Below are positions 35,591 to 46,456 of a stretch of 46,456 nt of DNA, piece after piece. The position numbers and the translations under genes are program-made. Below the pieces are notes generated by a model. It saw only the letters and a program-made list of their open reading frames with translations. It ran no database searches and had not been told where the DNA came from. Origin of the DNA: Psammoneis japonica. Its lineage: Eukaryota. The stretch covers positions 62,001 to 108,456 of the forward strand of contig QPGO01000223.1 in the NCBI GenBank assembly GCA_008632985.1. Direction: 5' to 3'. How positions within the stretch are numbered: position 1 is the first letter of the stretch; each line of letters begins with the position of its first letter.

Positions 35591-36676
35591 TCAATCACCA
35601 ACTGTTGGTCATGAAAACAAGCAGGGTTGGTGATTGAAACAATGAGTTTGGTTGGCAAGTTGTTTTTCACATGTTGTGCACAAATGAACAATGGCAACAA
35701 TGTTGTCAACAAACAACTCTCACACATGTCTTGAGGTGTCTTGCACAGACTCAACTTTGCTCACACAGACTTTTCGTGCAGAGCTGCACAAGACTCACAC
35801 CAGAGCATGTGCAGAAAAGATGCAAAATCACAGCACTGATACATGATTTGTTCAAGATTCCATCTCTGACAGTTGTGTGAGTCCCACAGAAATTCTGGAT
35901 CAAACTCCTCTGTGCACAGGACTCAATCATGCAATGTAACTTGGAGGAGCTGGGTGACAATGACACATCTCTTTGCAAGACCCAACAAACTGGCTGTTCA
36001 CATGCAGAGAAAGATCATTGAGAGCAGACATTGATTGCGATGGTCAAACTGCACCTCATGCTGTCGTGCACACAGATGTCATGGTTTGTGATCTGATGCC
36101 TCCCAATTTGCAGTTGGAGGAAATCTGATGACACAGTTGTGTGAGATGCAGTTTGACCCCCAAACCTTCTTCCTTTGTGGGGTCCATTGTGAACATTGCA
36201 TTTTGCAGTGACAGGAACAGCTTCATGGGGTGCATTGACTTGAAAGGCAACAGGAGGTGGCAAAGTCCTCATCCATTGCAGCCCTTGAACTCCATGCAGC
36301 ACTTGAGCTTTTCAAGAGACATTTGCAGCAAAACAAGAGGAGATGGAATCTTTGCCACTGCTCATGAACACATGTCTTGGAAAATTCTGACCTTCCACCA
36401 TTGCTGTCAATCAACCACTCTCCTCTGTCATTCTTTTTGGGAGACCCAGATGAGGGGAAGGATGAGGAGCATTTGTTGCTCCACCCGAGGTTGGTCACCA
36501 TCCATCTCAGCAGCTGTGCAGCAGGCAGCATGTTTGTGATTTCTTTTGGTGACAAAGACAGACAGAGGGGGTTGTGGGAGGGTCACATTCTCTGCTTTGT
36601 TTTCATTTGAGTGCTGCCGTTGGTCCATCATCTCACTGTCATCTGTCCCTGGTCTGGGGTCTGGCATCAAGGGGAA

Positions 36677-37118
36677 GGGGTCAAAATGAGCTGTTTGTCA
36701 CTGCAGAAAATGCTGGGTCATGAACCAACTGATCTGTTGTGAATGGACATTGAACATTTTGAATGGTCCAGCTTTGAGTCGTGGCATGCAATTTTCAATG
36801 ATGTGAGTGCGGATCTCTCATGCTGCCGCTTCTTCGATGGCGAGCTCTGGGGTGTGCTGTGAGACTCGGGGAACTGTTTGACACTGACAAAAAAGACTTC
36901 AAGTCTCTCAAGAGCATGGCGGTGCTTTGACAATGTCTTTTTAGAAATGAAATGGGTTGTGGCTGTGCCTGCCGTGTGAGATGACAGTGTCTTGTGCAAG
37001 CACTGCTCAGAGCCAGAGAGCCTGCTTTGGCTTGGCTTCAATGTGTTCTCCAACCACCAGCCATCAAGACACAACAGTGTGACCCACAAAATTAAAAAAA
37101 AGAGTAAAGATCTTAACT
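36677..37118 (+). pseudogene. Decayed 3' fragment of the methyltransferase gene plus 3' flank (copy B)
   Basis: tgcagaaaatgctgggtcatgaac...aatggacattgaa...ctttgagtcgtggc...ggaactgttt...agacttcaagtctc...tgcaagcactgctcagagc...caacagtgtgacc...tcttaact aligns with 29691-30119. Confidence 0.9.
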
Positions 37119-37384
37119 GACTTCCTTTTTATTCACAGTTAAAGATTGTCCAGGTTCTTGCCTGCTTTGCCCAAAACTTGTCAACAGCACGCGCTTCGTG
37201 CGCGTGCGCTGCTGTCGGCGGCAAGTTTGACGCGATCCCCAAAAGGCGACGTGTCTCATTTTGCAATTTTGTCTCATTTTTTTCTCAGATCTTTCCTCAT
37301 AACAGCTTTCGATCTGTTCTTTGGAGTTATTTGCCATCTGGCAACCTTCGACGACGCACATGAACTCTCATTACTTGCTCAAAA

Positions 37385-38995
37385 ATGACAATGTTGCGAT
37401 TGTCTCTTTTTCTGCTCGTCGTCGTGACAACGACTACAGATGCCTTTTCTCTGCTGCCTAGAACTCGGCGCTTATTGTTATTGTGGCCCGGTGCAGAGCC
37501 CGATGCTTCCTTTTCGGAACCATTGCCTCCTGGTTCGCTCGGTTGTCCGTTTGTAGGATCCAATGTGCTCAAGGGAAGCAAAGAACAAGGTCCGGAAATT
37601 TTTTATCGTCAAGCATCCGAGGCTCTGGGTCATCCCAAGCTCTGGAAACTCTACTCGTTTGGTACTCCCGTGGTTGCCTTGACGGGTGCGCCGCTGGTAA
37701 AAGATATGCTTTCTCGTGAATTTGAAACCATTGGAGCAACCGAAGAGGATGCCGAACAGAGTAAAAAGAGAAACCGTGTGGCTATATTTGGGAGAGACAA
37801 TATTGGATATGAACGCAACAGGGAGAAACACGCGTCTCTACGGAGATTGGTGGGAGCTGGAATGAAGGGTCCAGCCTTGAATGACGCCTTGACCGTATTG
37901 AATGAGTCCGCAAACGAGAGTATCGATCGTATCTTGCAAAAGGCCAAGGAGAACGGTCTAGTCACGATGCAAGAGCACAGTGTTGACTACACTATGGACT
38001 TTGTGCAGCGACAAATACTAGGCTGCGAGACCATGAACGAAGCAGACCGAGCTGAGTTTCGCAATGCCCTCGATACGTGGCTGTCCGCCATGTACTCGTT
38101 TGCACCCTTTTTGTTGAGAAAGTTTCCCTTTTTGGTGCGTCGCTTAAAATCGTACAAGGCCAAGGTCTTTTTGGAGAAAAGGATTGAAGACAAAATCGAT
38201 TCGCTCCTGGAGACGGGTGTTCCGGATACGAGTACGCTTTCCAACATGCTCTTTGCCGTGGACAAGGACAGCAACAACCGGAAACTGACACGTAATCAAG
38301 TCATTGAAAATGCTCTATTCTTGGTCGCTGCTGGTGCCGAAACATCATCCAGTACCCTGACGCTTGCTACGCTATTGCTTGGATTGCATCCCGACAAGTA
38401 CCAAAAACTGGTGGAGGAACAGACAAATTTGCAAAAACAAGCTACCGGCTCTACTACTGGCATATCCATGGATGAGTTGGCGGATTCACCCTATCTGGAA
38501 GCCGTCGTGAAGGAAACCTTGCGTCTCGGACCTGTCTCGGGAGGCTTTCCTCGTCGTGTACGTAAAACAATCGTCATGGATGGTGTGCAAATCCCCAAGG
38601 GATGGTCCATTTTCCCCAATATCCGATTGACTCATCAATTGGATCCAATCACGCGTCTACCCGATGATTCACACATGGACGTTCAAACGGGATTTGTTCC
38701 CGAACGGTGGTTACACGAATCCACCACGCCCACCGATTTCATTCCCTTTGGAGCCGGACCACGATACTGTTTGGGTGCCAATCTTGCCATGCTGGAGTTA
38801 AAGGTATTCTTGGCCACGTTGGCACGGCGAGTTCCGTCCTTTCAGTTGGTGCAAGGTACACAAGCCAAAGTGGAATGGCACACGGCCACAATGGTACCAC
38901 GACCGGCAGATGGTGCAAGGATTGAGATTACAAAATCAAGCCCTATTTCCCCAGTGGGCAACTTGACTGCGATTGGTGAATCGGTAATGGCGTGA
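37385..38995 (+). CDS. Cytochrome P450 (CYP120/CYP85-clan-like N-terminal motif), signal peptide or anchor
   Basis: LPPGSLGCPFVG, I-helix AAGAETS, K-helix ETLR, PERW and heme motif FGAGPRYCLG. Confidence 0.95.
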   Translation: MTMLRLSLFLLVVVTTTTDAFSLLPRTRRLLLLWPGAEPDASFSEPLPPGSLGCPFVGSNVLKGSKEQGPEIFYRQASEALGHPKLWKLYSFGTPVVALTGAPLVKDMLSREFETIGATEEDAEQSKKRNRVAIFGRDNIGYERNREKHASLRRLVGAGMKGPALNDALTVLNESANESIDRILQKAKENGLVTMQEHSVDYTMDFVQRQILGCETMNEADRAEFRNALDTWLSAMYSFAPFLLRKFPFLVRRLKSYKAKVFLEKRIEDKIDSLLETGVPDTSTLSNMLFAVDKDSNNRKLTRNQVIENALFLVAAGAETSSSTLTLATLLLGLHPDKYQKLVEEQTNLQKQATGSTTGISMDELADSPYLEAVVKETLRLGPVSGGFPRRVRKTIVMDGVQIPKGWSIFPNIRLTHQLDPITRLPDDSHMDVQTGFVPERWLHESTTPTDFIPFGAGPRYCLGANLAMLELKVFLATLARRVPSFQLVQGTQAKVEWHTATMVPRPADGARIEITKSSPISPVGNLTAIGESVMA

Positions 38996-39191
38996 TTATG
39001 TTTCCTCTATCGCATGTATATTTTCGGACTGAGAAGCGCCCAGTTTATCGTCGCGAAATAATCACGGATGTGGAGCATTGGCTTCAGACTCCGTTTGTCT
39101 TTAGAATCTTTCTAATATCTTTGGCGTAATAGAAATAAATAACGACGGCAGCCACTCGTTTTGAATCTTCAACTAGGAAACAAGTATTCGA

Positions 39192-40466
39192 TTATAGCTT
39201 TACCCTCGCAAGAAAAGGATTGTACCAAGATCCCAAGTAGACATAGTCTCCCCACGATTCCCTTCGGACAACCAAGGCGCCACTTTGGAATCATCTTGGT
39301 AAATTTCAATCAAATTTCCAACTTCATCGTAGACCGCCAGAGCCGACATTTTGGGGATTGCATTGACAAACAATTTGTAGGGAACCATTGCCACTAGAAC
39401 GTTTTGAGCCATGGTTTGTCCGACACCAGATGGAGCAATGAGAACGGTTTGGAATACTTACTGCCCAGTCCAAGCCAATAGCATTTACGTTTTTCTCCGG
39501 ATGGTAAATGCTCCATGGCATCAATGTTGTCACCGGTACCCGGCAAGATGGAAACCAAATCGTCAATCATCTTTTGCTGAGCAATGGAGAACTGTTGCAC
39601 CCGCACTCCAGCGACCATAATGATGTTTTGACGATTGTGACTCAGTGTCAATCCATTGGGCATGTACAAATTCTCCTGAACAACATTTACACCCTTTTCT
39701 TTGGTGTATCGCAACAATCGTCCCGTTTGTCGTCCATCCAATGCCGCATAAAAGATGCGTCGTCGTGGAAAGGTTTGACTGGTTTCGAAATATAAATCGA
39801 GCCATCGGGAGCCTGTACCAACGCATTCAATAATTGGAACCGGTATTCCTTGGGATCCGTATTGGCTCGTTTAGCCAGTGTCACGACATTCACGGATCGG
39901 TTACTTTCCTCATAGATTCCGGTAATCATGAGCAATCCCTGGGAAGCGTCGGCCACCACCAAAACGTCTTCTTCTGTAGCGCCATTCTTGCTGAATTTGG
40001 GATCGACGGACGATCGTTTGACAATCTTCATGCCCAAAGGACGACCGCATGTGGATTCTGTGTCATCTACATCGGCCGGCGAAAAGCCACAATGTTCTCC
40101 TGGACCTGTTCTGGTGAGAAAGGTCCAGCTTACATCTCCGCTAGAGGCATTGGATTGCTCCTCAAGACGAGCAATGCGTCCATCGCCTAGAGACAAGAAC
40201 AGAAAATTACCACCACAAAGGATGCTCTCGGGTCCAACCAGTTGTCCGTTTCCAATGATTTCCACCTTGTTTGTCATGTTTATGATTTTGGTTGGAACGT
40301 CGGGCAATGCGGGAAGAGGATTGGATACAGGAAACACACCTGTGGATCGGAGACGATATTCCACCAATACGGCAACCAAGACAGTCACAGCAATCAAACT
40401 TTTAAAGCGAGCATGTTTTGTTGAGAGTGCTTTTGTTTTTGTTGCAAAGTTGTTGATGTTGCTCAT
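39192..40466 (-). CDS. Strictosidine-synthase-like / APMAP-hemomucin beta-propeller protein, copy 1 (three apparent -1 frameshifts at ~39787, ~39398, ~39258)
   Basis: N-terminal TM, then GPESI, CGRPLGM, VADA, GRLLRY, LYMPNGL, LPGTGDNI and YLGSW, distributed over four reading-frame segments. Each junction is repaired by one extra base in a homopolymer. Confidence 0.85.
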
Positions 40467-41134
40467 TTCCCAGTTCCTGCGGTAATAGTTTTGAAACACG
40501 TCGTCGGTTTTTGTTGCCGAAATCAAAATGGGATCTTTTCTCTCTTTTTTGATATAGTGAGTTTTTACTATCGCTTTCTGGAGAAGTATCGCTTTTTGAG
40601 TATCTTTCACAAGTTGAAACTGCCGTTCAAATCGCTCCTGCGGCTTCCCACGTAGATTTTGCGCCATGAAGAAACCCGGAACAGTTATATAATTATTTTT
40701 TTGGGGTGACCTCGTCCGCTGGCCGGACCCGATCCAGTAGGATACCTCTAAATTCTACTATTCTGAATTTCTCATACTGATTTGATTCAATTTCTACGAC
40801 GCTGTAGGTGCATACAAAAAATTTCGAGGTTAGATCCTGGAAAATTTTTTGGAGTTCGTTTTTTGAAGTCTCTTTCGTCGATCATAAAACGGTCAAACTT
40901 AATTTATATATATTTAAACTATTCCGTTATCGCCAACTATATATTCATTCCTAACTCTTTATATAAATGTGCATACGATAGTGCAACGAGTTTTCCCGCC
41001 ATTGCCAAAAATCAGAAAAAGCAACAACAACTTTACTCTCCCTTCTCTTTTGCGTTGTTTAGGCACAGTACTCTTTATGACTTGTGGACAACACTCTTTC
41101 TGACTCTACTATATTACACAACCGACTTGAGTAA

Positions 41135-41190
41135 CGACACACACACACACACACACACACACAACAACGACAACAACAACAACAACAAGA
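41135..41190 (+). repeat. (AC)n / (AAC)n microsatellite upstream of SSL copy 2
   Basis: acacacacacacacacacacacacacaacaacgacaacaacaacaacaacaag read directly. Confidence 0.8.
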
Positions 41191-41202
41191 CGCGTTTTCA
41201 AC

Positions 41203-42413
41203 ATGCCTCGCTTTGTTACAAGTTTCGTGGCTGCGACGACTGTTTGTTGTTGTTCTCCACAGTAGCAGAATGTCGTGTCGGACGATCCCTGGATCCTCTT
41301 CCAGAATTACCCGAATCCCCAGATCTCTCCAAAATCAATAGCATCATGGGCAAGGTGGAAATTGTTGGCAAGGGCAAATTGGTTGGACCCGAGGGTCTTG
41401 TGGTTGGACAAGAATATCTGTTTGCGTCTCTTGGAGATGGACGTATTGCTCGTTTAGAGGAAGATAGTGACGAGGATTTGAGGTGGACCTATCTGACCCG
41501 AACAGGTTCCGGAACGAATTGTCGCTTTTCACCGGGTGATGTCGATAAAACAGAAGAACGATGTGGTCGTCCCTTGGGAATGTTGATTGCCAAACGATCC
41601 ACGGTGGATCCCGATTTCAGTGAAGACGAAGACGAAGAAGACGTTTTGGTGGTTGCCGATGCCTACAAAGGATTGCTCATGGTTACCGGTATTATGATGA
41701 TGCCGATGACGTGAGTGTCGTTACCTTGGCGACACGAGCGTTTCGGATCCCACAGACCACCGCTTTACGTTGCCGAATGGGGTGGTACAAGCTCCGGATG
41801 GATCGATTTACATGACGGAAACCACTCAAACCTATCAAAGACGTCGTATCTTTCATGCGTTTCTGGATGGAAAGCAAGATGGACGATTGTTACAGTATAC
41901 CAAAGAAAATGGTGTAAAGGTTGTCCAGAGAATCTGTACATGCCCAATGGATTGACACTGAGTCATAATGGTGAAAACATCATTATGGTAGCAGGCTTGG
42001 AAGTGATGCAGTACTCCATTGCACAGAAAAAGATGATTAGCGATTTGATTTCGCCATTGCCGGGTACCGGCGATAACATTGATGCCAGAGACCATTTGCC
42101 TTCTGGAGAAAAACGTAACTGCTATTGGATTGGGCTGGGAAGCAGATATTCCAAACCATTCTCCTTGCTTGAGTTTGTATCCGACAAACCGGTTCTCAAA
42201 TCGTTTGTAAAGGCAATCATTCCCTACGAGAAGCTTGTCGAATTCATCCCCAAAACGTCCACTCTGGCGGTGTACGATGACACTGGAGATTTGATTGAAA
42301 TTTATCGAGACGAATCCAATGTGGCGCCGTGGTTGTCCGAAGGCAAATCGTGGGGAGATTACGTTTACTTGGGGTCTTGGTACAATCGGTTTCTAGCCAG
42401 AGTCAAAGTCTAA
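41203..42413 (+). CDS. Strictosidine-synthase-like / APMAP-hemomucin protein, copy 2 (four apparent -1 frameshifts at ~41243, ~41692, ~41743, ~41927)
   Basis: Signal MPRFVTSFVAATTVLLLFSTVA after repair. GPEGL, CGRPLGM, VADAYKGL, PNGV, GRLLQY, LYMPNGL, LPGTGDNI and YLGSWYN. Closely similar to copy 1. Confidence 0.85.
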
Positions 42414-42675
42414 GTCTGCTAACTCTGTATAGTTTTTTTGTTTTTAATAAAATTGTTTATACCCACTATGTCTCGTTGTTTTCTTCTCCAACTATTCGGA
42501 CGAGAGATATGAATGCAGGAATAGCGTGTCGATGATGCTACGCTACCGTTAGCGGGTACGTGTCATGTTTGCGTCTCATGCCGTACTATAGGACTATATC
42601 GACAAGATCAACATCCAGATGGATTTGAACAACCTAGACTAGTCAAAAAAGACAGTCTAATTCCCTAATAAATCA

Positions 42676-45264
42676 TTAGTCCAACGGCGGCGCCGGCGGC
42701 AACTTCATATCGCCTTTAAAATCGTCAGGCTGCAATCCATTCTCCATTTTTTGTTCTCGGCTAATCCGCATTCTCTGAGAATACGACAATGGCGAAGGCT
42801 GTCGCATGCTGGTCTCACGTTTCAAATCAACCTCGGCAAGAACGTCGGTACTGGCCAACCATCCATTCATGGTGTCTGCATCACCCATGGCTGCACGAGT
42901 GGACTCAAAATGCCATGAAACTCAAAGGGCGTCAAATCAAACAAGGCATCGGCTCCTCGTGTAATGAGCCCATGCTCACCCACAAAGTACAAGGCTTCAA
43001 AGGCCACGGCACGAAAGGCCTTGCGTGCTCGTCGAGGAATGAGCCACTTGTCACACGTATCCGTCAAGGAATCAATCGTTACGGTCAGCGTGACATCTTC
43101 AATTTCGACATTGGACTGAAAGCCGGCAACATCAATGGCAATGATTTTTGCAAAACGCTCTTGTACCAAGACTCGTAAAGCAAAGGACGGCTTTTTATGA
43201 AACAAGGCCGATGATGGTTGGGAATTGAGTCTTGCCGCTGTATTCAAATTCATATAACGAGATTCTACACCACCACCACCACCAATGTGACTGTCAGCAC
43301 CCGCCTCGACATTTTCTCGTACCGTCTGAATCACATCCTTCATGGTAGACATACTACTCGTCTGTTGCTGTTGCTCTTGATCATCATCATTACCGTTCCC
43401 CATTACTTGTCGAAAACGACTCTTGGACATGACTTGTTCTCTTCGAAGATGACCCATACTTTCTGGAAAATACTCATTGGAACCAAAAATGGGATCGGCT
43501 GCTGCTCCCGCAACAACACTATCATCATCGAAACTATCATCATCATCTCCGGTAGTAGGCAACGTTGCAAATCCTTTTCGTGGTCGTTTCGAAGGAGATT
43601 TGCTGTTACTTCTCGGTAGTACTTCTTCTTCTTCTTTGTCGTCATGAGCACTCCCCGATTCAATCTCGGTTTGTGCCGCTCGTGTCAAGCGTTGTCCCCG
43701 GAGTGCTCGTTTTCGTGCTTGGGCACGTTCTCTCTCTGCTAGCTGTTTTTCTCGTAACAATTTACGTCGTAAATGTTGTTCCAAACGTGAAATGTTTTTA
43801 TCCGAAAGTCGTATATAAAAATGTGCCACATTGCTCAAAAACATACTCATAAAGCCAATACTAAACGGTAACCAACAAATGGAAAACCATATACTTGCCG
43901 GTTTGGTGGGTACGTATTGACCATAACCCACGGTAGTGAGAGAGACAACGGCAAAATACAAGGATTCCACCACCGTCCATCCCTCAATGGGGCCCACCAC
44001 GACGGCACCCAAACCAATCAAACCACAAAAGGGAAACAACACGGAAATACCACGACCCAAGGGTGATTCTCGAAAAAAGAAACGACATGCTCGAAAACAA
44101 CCAAAGGTACAATCCACAAGACGATTGGAACAAGCTGAGGTTTCATTGGGATGAAACACTAAATCATTTCCTTCATGCAAACTGACCGATGGTGATGCAT
44201 AATTCGAAGACGCATTATTTGCCAATGCCATTTGTTTTCCACGTAATGCCAAATCCGCTTTATCGCGATTGTGTTGTGCACGTGTTGCTTCGAGTGCAAT
44301 CCATTGATAGCATTGTGCCACCATGATGGTTAAAAGGGCAATTCCCACCAAATATAAACAATGGTAAAGAGTTGAAAGAGTTTCGTCGTGGGTAATTCAT
44401 CCATCGTTCCATAGCCACCGTGGTAATGGTATAAATGAGAAAAAACAATGCTTGATAAGTTCCATGCTTTCAATTTGTCGTACATAAAAGGTTGTACCAA
44501 TCGTCAAGTAAAGAAGCATAATCGATACCGACAGAATGCCGCTTGACGTTGGACTTGTACCGTGCCGAATACCCCACTTCACGTTCTTCCAAGGCACGTT
44601 CGTATTCGGCATCGAGTTTTTCACAAATTTCAATTTCGGTGGGAGAAAGGATGGATGATGATGTGAAGAAGTAGTTGCAGTATTTTTGGCACTGCCGGTA
44701 TCAAATTCCAACATCACGCTTGGTTGTTGTTCGATCCTTGGCCCACTGCGCAGCCTTTTGGCTATATTAGCAAGTGCATTTCGTTTTCTCAACGTTTCCG
44801 GTGACGCAACAATGGCGTCTCGTTCTTCTTCCAATATGTTTTTTTCGTCGCCTCGTCTTCTTGTAGGACGATGCCGTGGTGGGGCCATGTCAATGTCGTC
44901 TCTCTGCATCCCTCATCGTGAAACTCACTCATAGTGGTGGCATCCTCGTTGGGTACGTTGTGAGATTTCTCTACTGTATCTGAATTCTGAGATGAAGCAC
45001 TCTCTGCACTAGCACTTTTTACAACGACGTCTTGTTGTTGTTGTGTTTACTGCTGCTGCTGTTGATGAGAGCAGCCCCCTTCTTCTTGCTAATGACCACA
45101 GCATCCTCTCGTTTGCTGTCGTTTTCGCTGACGTTTTCTTCAGCAGCGTCGCCTTCTTGAGACGTAGCTGCTACCAAATCGTTTTCTTTTTGTTCAGCTT
45201 TCATGGTTACTACAACAACATTGTCGTCGTCCGTAACAATCTTGTCGTTGTTGTTGTCGGCCAT
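42676..45264 (-). CDS. Two-pore-domain (TPK/K2P-type) potassium channel; several apparent frameshifts; 5' end uncertain
   Basis: Second pore loop SLYFAVVSLTTVGYG is intact. First pore loop YTITTV(G)YG is restored by one extra G at ~44417. Flanking TM helices. C-terminus continues as LSPLVAAMGDADTM...PPLD* after a shift near 42895. Confidence 0.8.
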
Positions 45265-46327
45265 GGTCACGATGCGTTTGTTGTGACTCTTTTTCGCGTT
45301 TTGTGTTTCACCTCGGGAGTCACACAAAAGCCAAACGCACAGACACGCGCACTTCAAGTGAGAGTCCGTCCGTGCGTCCTTGTTCGTTTCATCTCGCGCA
45401 CGTGTGCGCGGTTATTAGACTGTGTAGGTGTGTGTACGTGTGTGAGGTGTAAGTAGGATATACGTAGAATTACTACTGAGTGATTGACATGCCGTGGATT
45501 TTCCGCCGGTACACAATCTACGTGGTCTACATGGAACATAAATTTATGTTGGTCTCTGAGGCTATTACATATCATTGATTTTGCTAAGGCCTCTAATATA
45601 TGTATATACCAATTCAAAAGTCTGACAGAACACCCCGAAAGAACTCTGGAATCTGGATAAAAAAAATTTCTATTTAACGGTGCGAACAGGGTCGCCCCGA
45701 AGCGCTTCTCAAAATATTCTCAGATTGAATACAGTAAAACATCTACTATTACCAAAACAGAGTTATTATCGGATAAATAGATCCCGTGGTCTTCGCGCGC
45801 AAACAACACGATAACGCACAACAACACCATGGCGAGAAACGCGAACGCCGTCCCCTCATCTACAAGCTGGGAATACGAGATACTATTGAAGTGGTTGGAC
45901 AATATGTATGCGCTGTATTCATGGGTCAAGTTGGGTTTCTTCTCGCTGCTTGTTGTTGCGTCATTTTACAACGTTTTGACCCTACCCACGCCGTGTTCTT
46001 TGCTTTGTTGCTTCTGCTCGCGCGCCACCAACAGCTCTTCCTGCAGGGTATGGCTAGTTGCACGGCTGCATCGAACCCAACGTGCGCGACCAACTAGCCC
46101 TACCCCGGCTAACTCATAATATAAATAGCCGATTTTCGTGCACCGATAAACGAATATTCGCCAGAGAACCAACGGTTGCGGTGTTTGGGCCGTTTGGGCC
46201 GCGCGATGGCGAAGACCACTTCTTGCCAACTGCTGCCAACTTACTTCGTGACAACTGAAAACAGCAGAAAACAAACAACAGCCAAAACGTTTGCAAAAGA
46301 AGAGTGCTGCTTTATTATACGCTGACC

Positions 46328-46456
46328 ATGGCAACTACTACAAAAGGTGGTTATTACGCGGTCCGAAGAGGCAAATCGGTCAATTCGTGTATTTTTCTCT
46401 TTTGGGAGGATTGCAAAGAACAAATTTGTAATGGTGGTGAATACTCCGTCTTTACC
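46328..46456 (+). CDS. Protein beginning with an RNase H1 N-terminal (Cauli_VI, hybrid-binding) domain, 3'-partial
   Basis: MATTTKGGYYAVRRGKSVNSCIFLFWEDCKEQICNGGEYSVFT matches YYAV..G....IF..W.EC..Q. Frame is open to the window end. Not in the supplied ORF track. Confidence 0.7.
   Translation, partial: MATTTKGGYYAVRRGKSVNSCIFLFWEDCKEQICNGGEYSVFT

Larger units (their letters stand above)
30380..37120. other. CpG/TpA-depleted domain 4 (~6.7 kb decayed repeat mosaic)
   Basis: About 24 TpA in 30400-37080 by eye, very few CpG, TG/CA excess, no credible intact ORF. Confidence 0.9.

Noticed and set aside
24240..37120. Classical fungal RIP as the cause of the composition bias
   Set aside because: RIP raises TpA and lowers CpA/TpG. 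The opposite is seen here.
40467..41202. N-terminal extensions of ORFs 39687-40667 and 40782-41714
   Set aside because: Read-through of AT-rich promoter and microsatellite DNA. Homology between the two SSL copies starts only after the ATGs at 40466 and 41203.
1..42413. Window-wide alkaloid-like cluster (BBE, desaturase, methyltransferase, P450, SSL)
   Set aside because: BBE and desaturase are ~25 kb from the others, with housekeeping genes (SYF1, YidD) in between. The plant-alkaloid family names do not imply that chemistry.
45829..46119. 96-aa hydrophobic ORF with a good start context
   Set aside because: No recognisable family and next to an indel-prone segment. It may be real but cannot be supported from sequence alone.

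Overview
Eukaryotic, gene-dense, intron-poor DNA, most likely from a diatom or other ochrophyte (inferred from gene content only). About 13 recognisable protein genes: berberine-bridge-type FAD oxidase (3' part), sterol-desaturase/FA-hydroxylase, YidD, SYF1/XAB2, a RhoGDI-like protein, a VWA membrane protein, a ~2,360-aa repeat protein ending in two PqiA-like domains, a METTL24-like methyltransferase, a cytochrome P450, two divergently transcribed strictosidine-synthase-like genes, a two-pore K+ channel and the start of an RNase H1-N (Cauli_VI) domain protein. The genes between ~39.2 and 45.3 kb carry many single-base homopolymer deletions that look like assembly errors. The main signal is four fairly sharply bounded domains (~1.33-2.75, ~11.5-16.0, ~24.2-28.8, ~30.4-37.1 kb; about a third of the window) in which BOTH CpG and TpA are strongly depleted and TpG/CpA is enriched. 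These domains hold decayed duplicates of neighbouring genes, and aligning them shows CpG->TpG/CpA plus TpA->TpG/CpA (A->G, apparently favouring TAY). The TpA change is the reverse of fungal RIP and is not explained by 5mC deamination. It points to a possible repeat- or chromatin-targeted adenine hypermutation process, which also seems to be recoding a still-open VWA gene. All counts and alignments were done by eye and are approximate.
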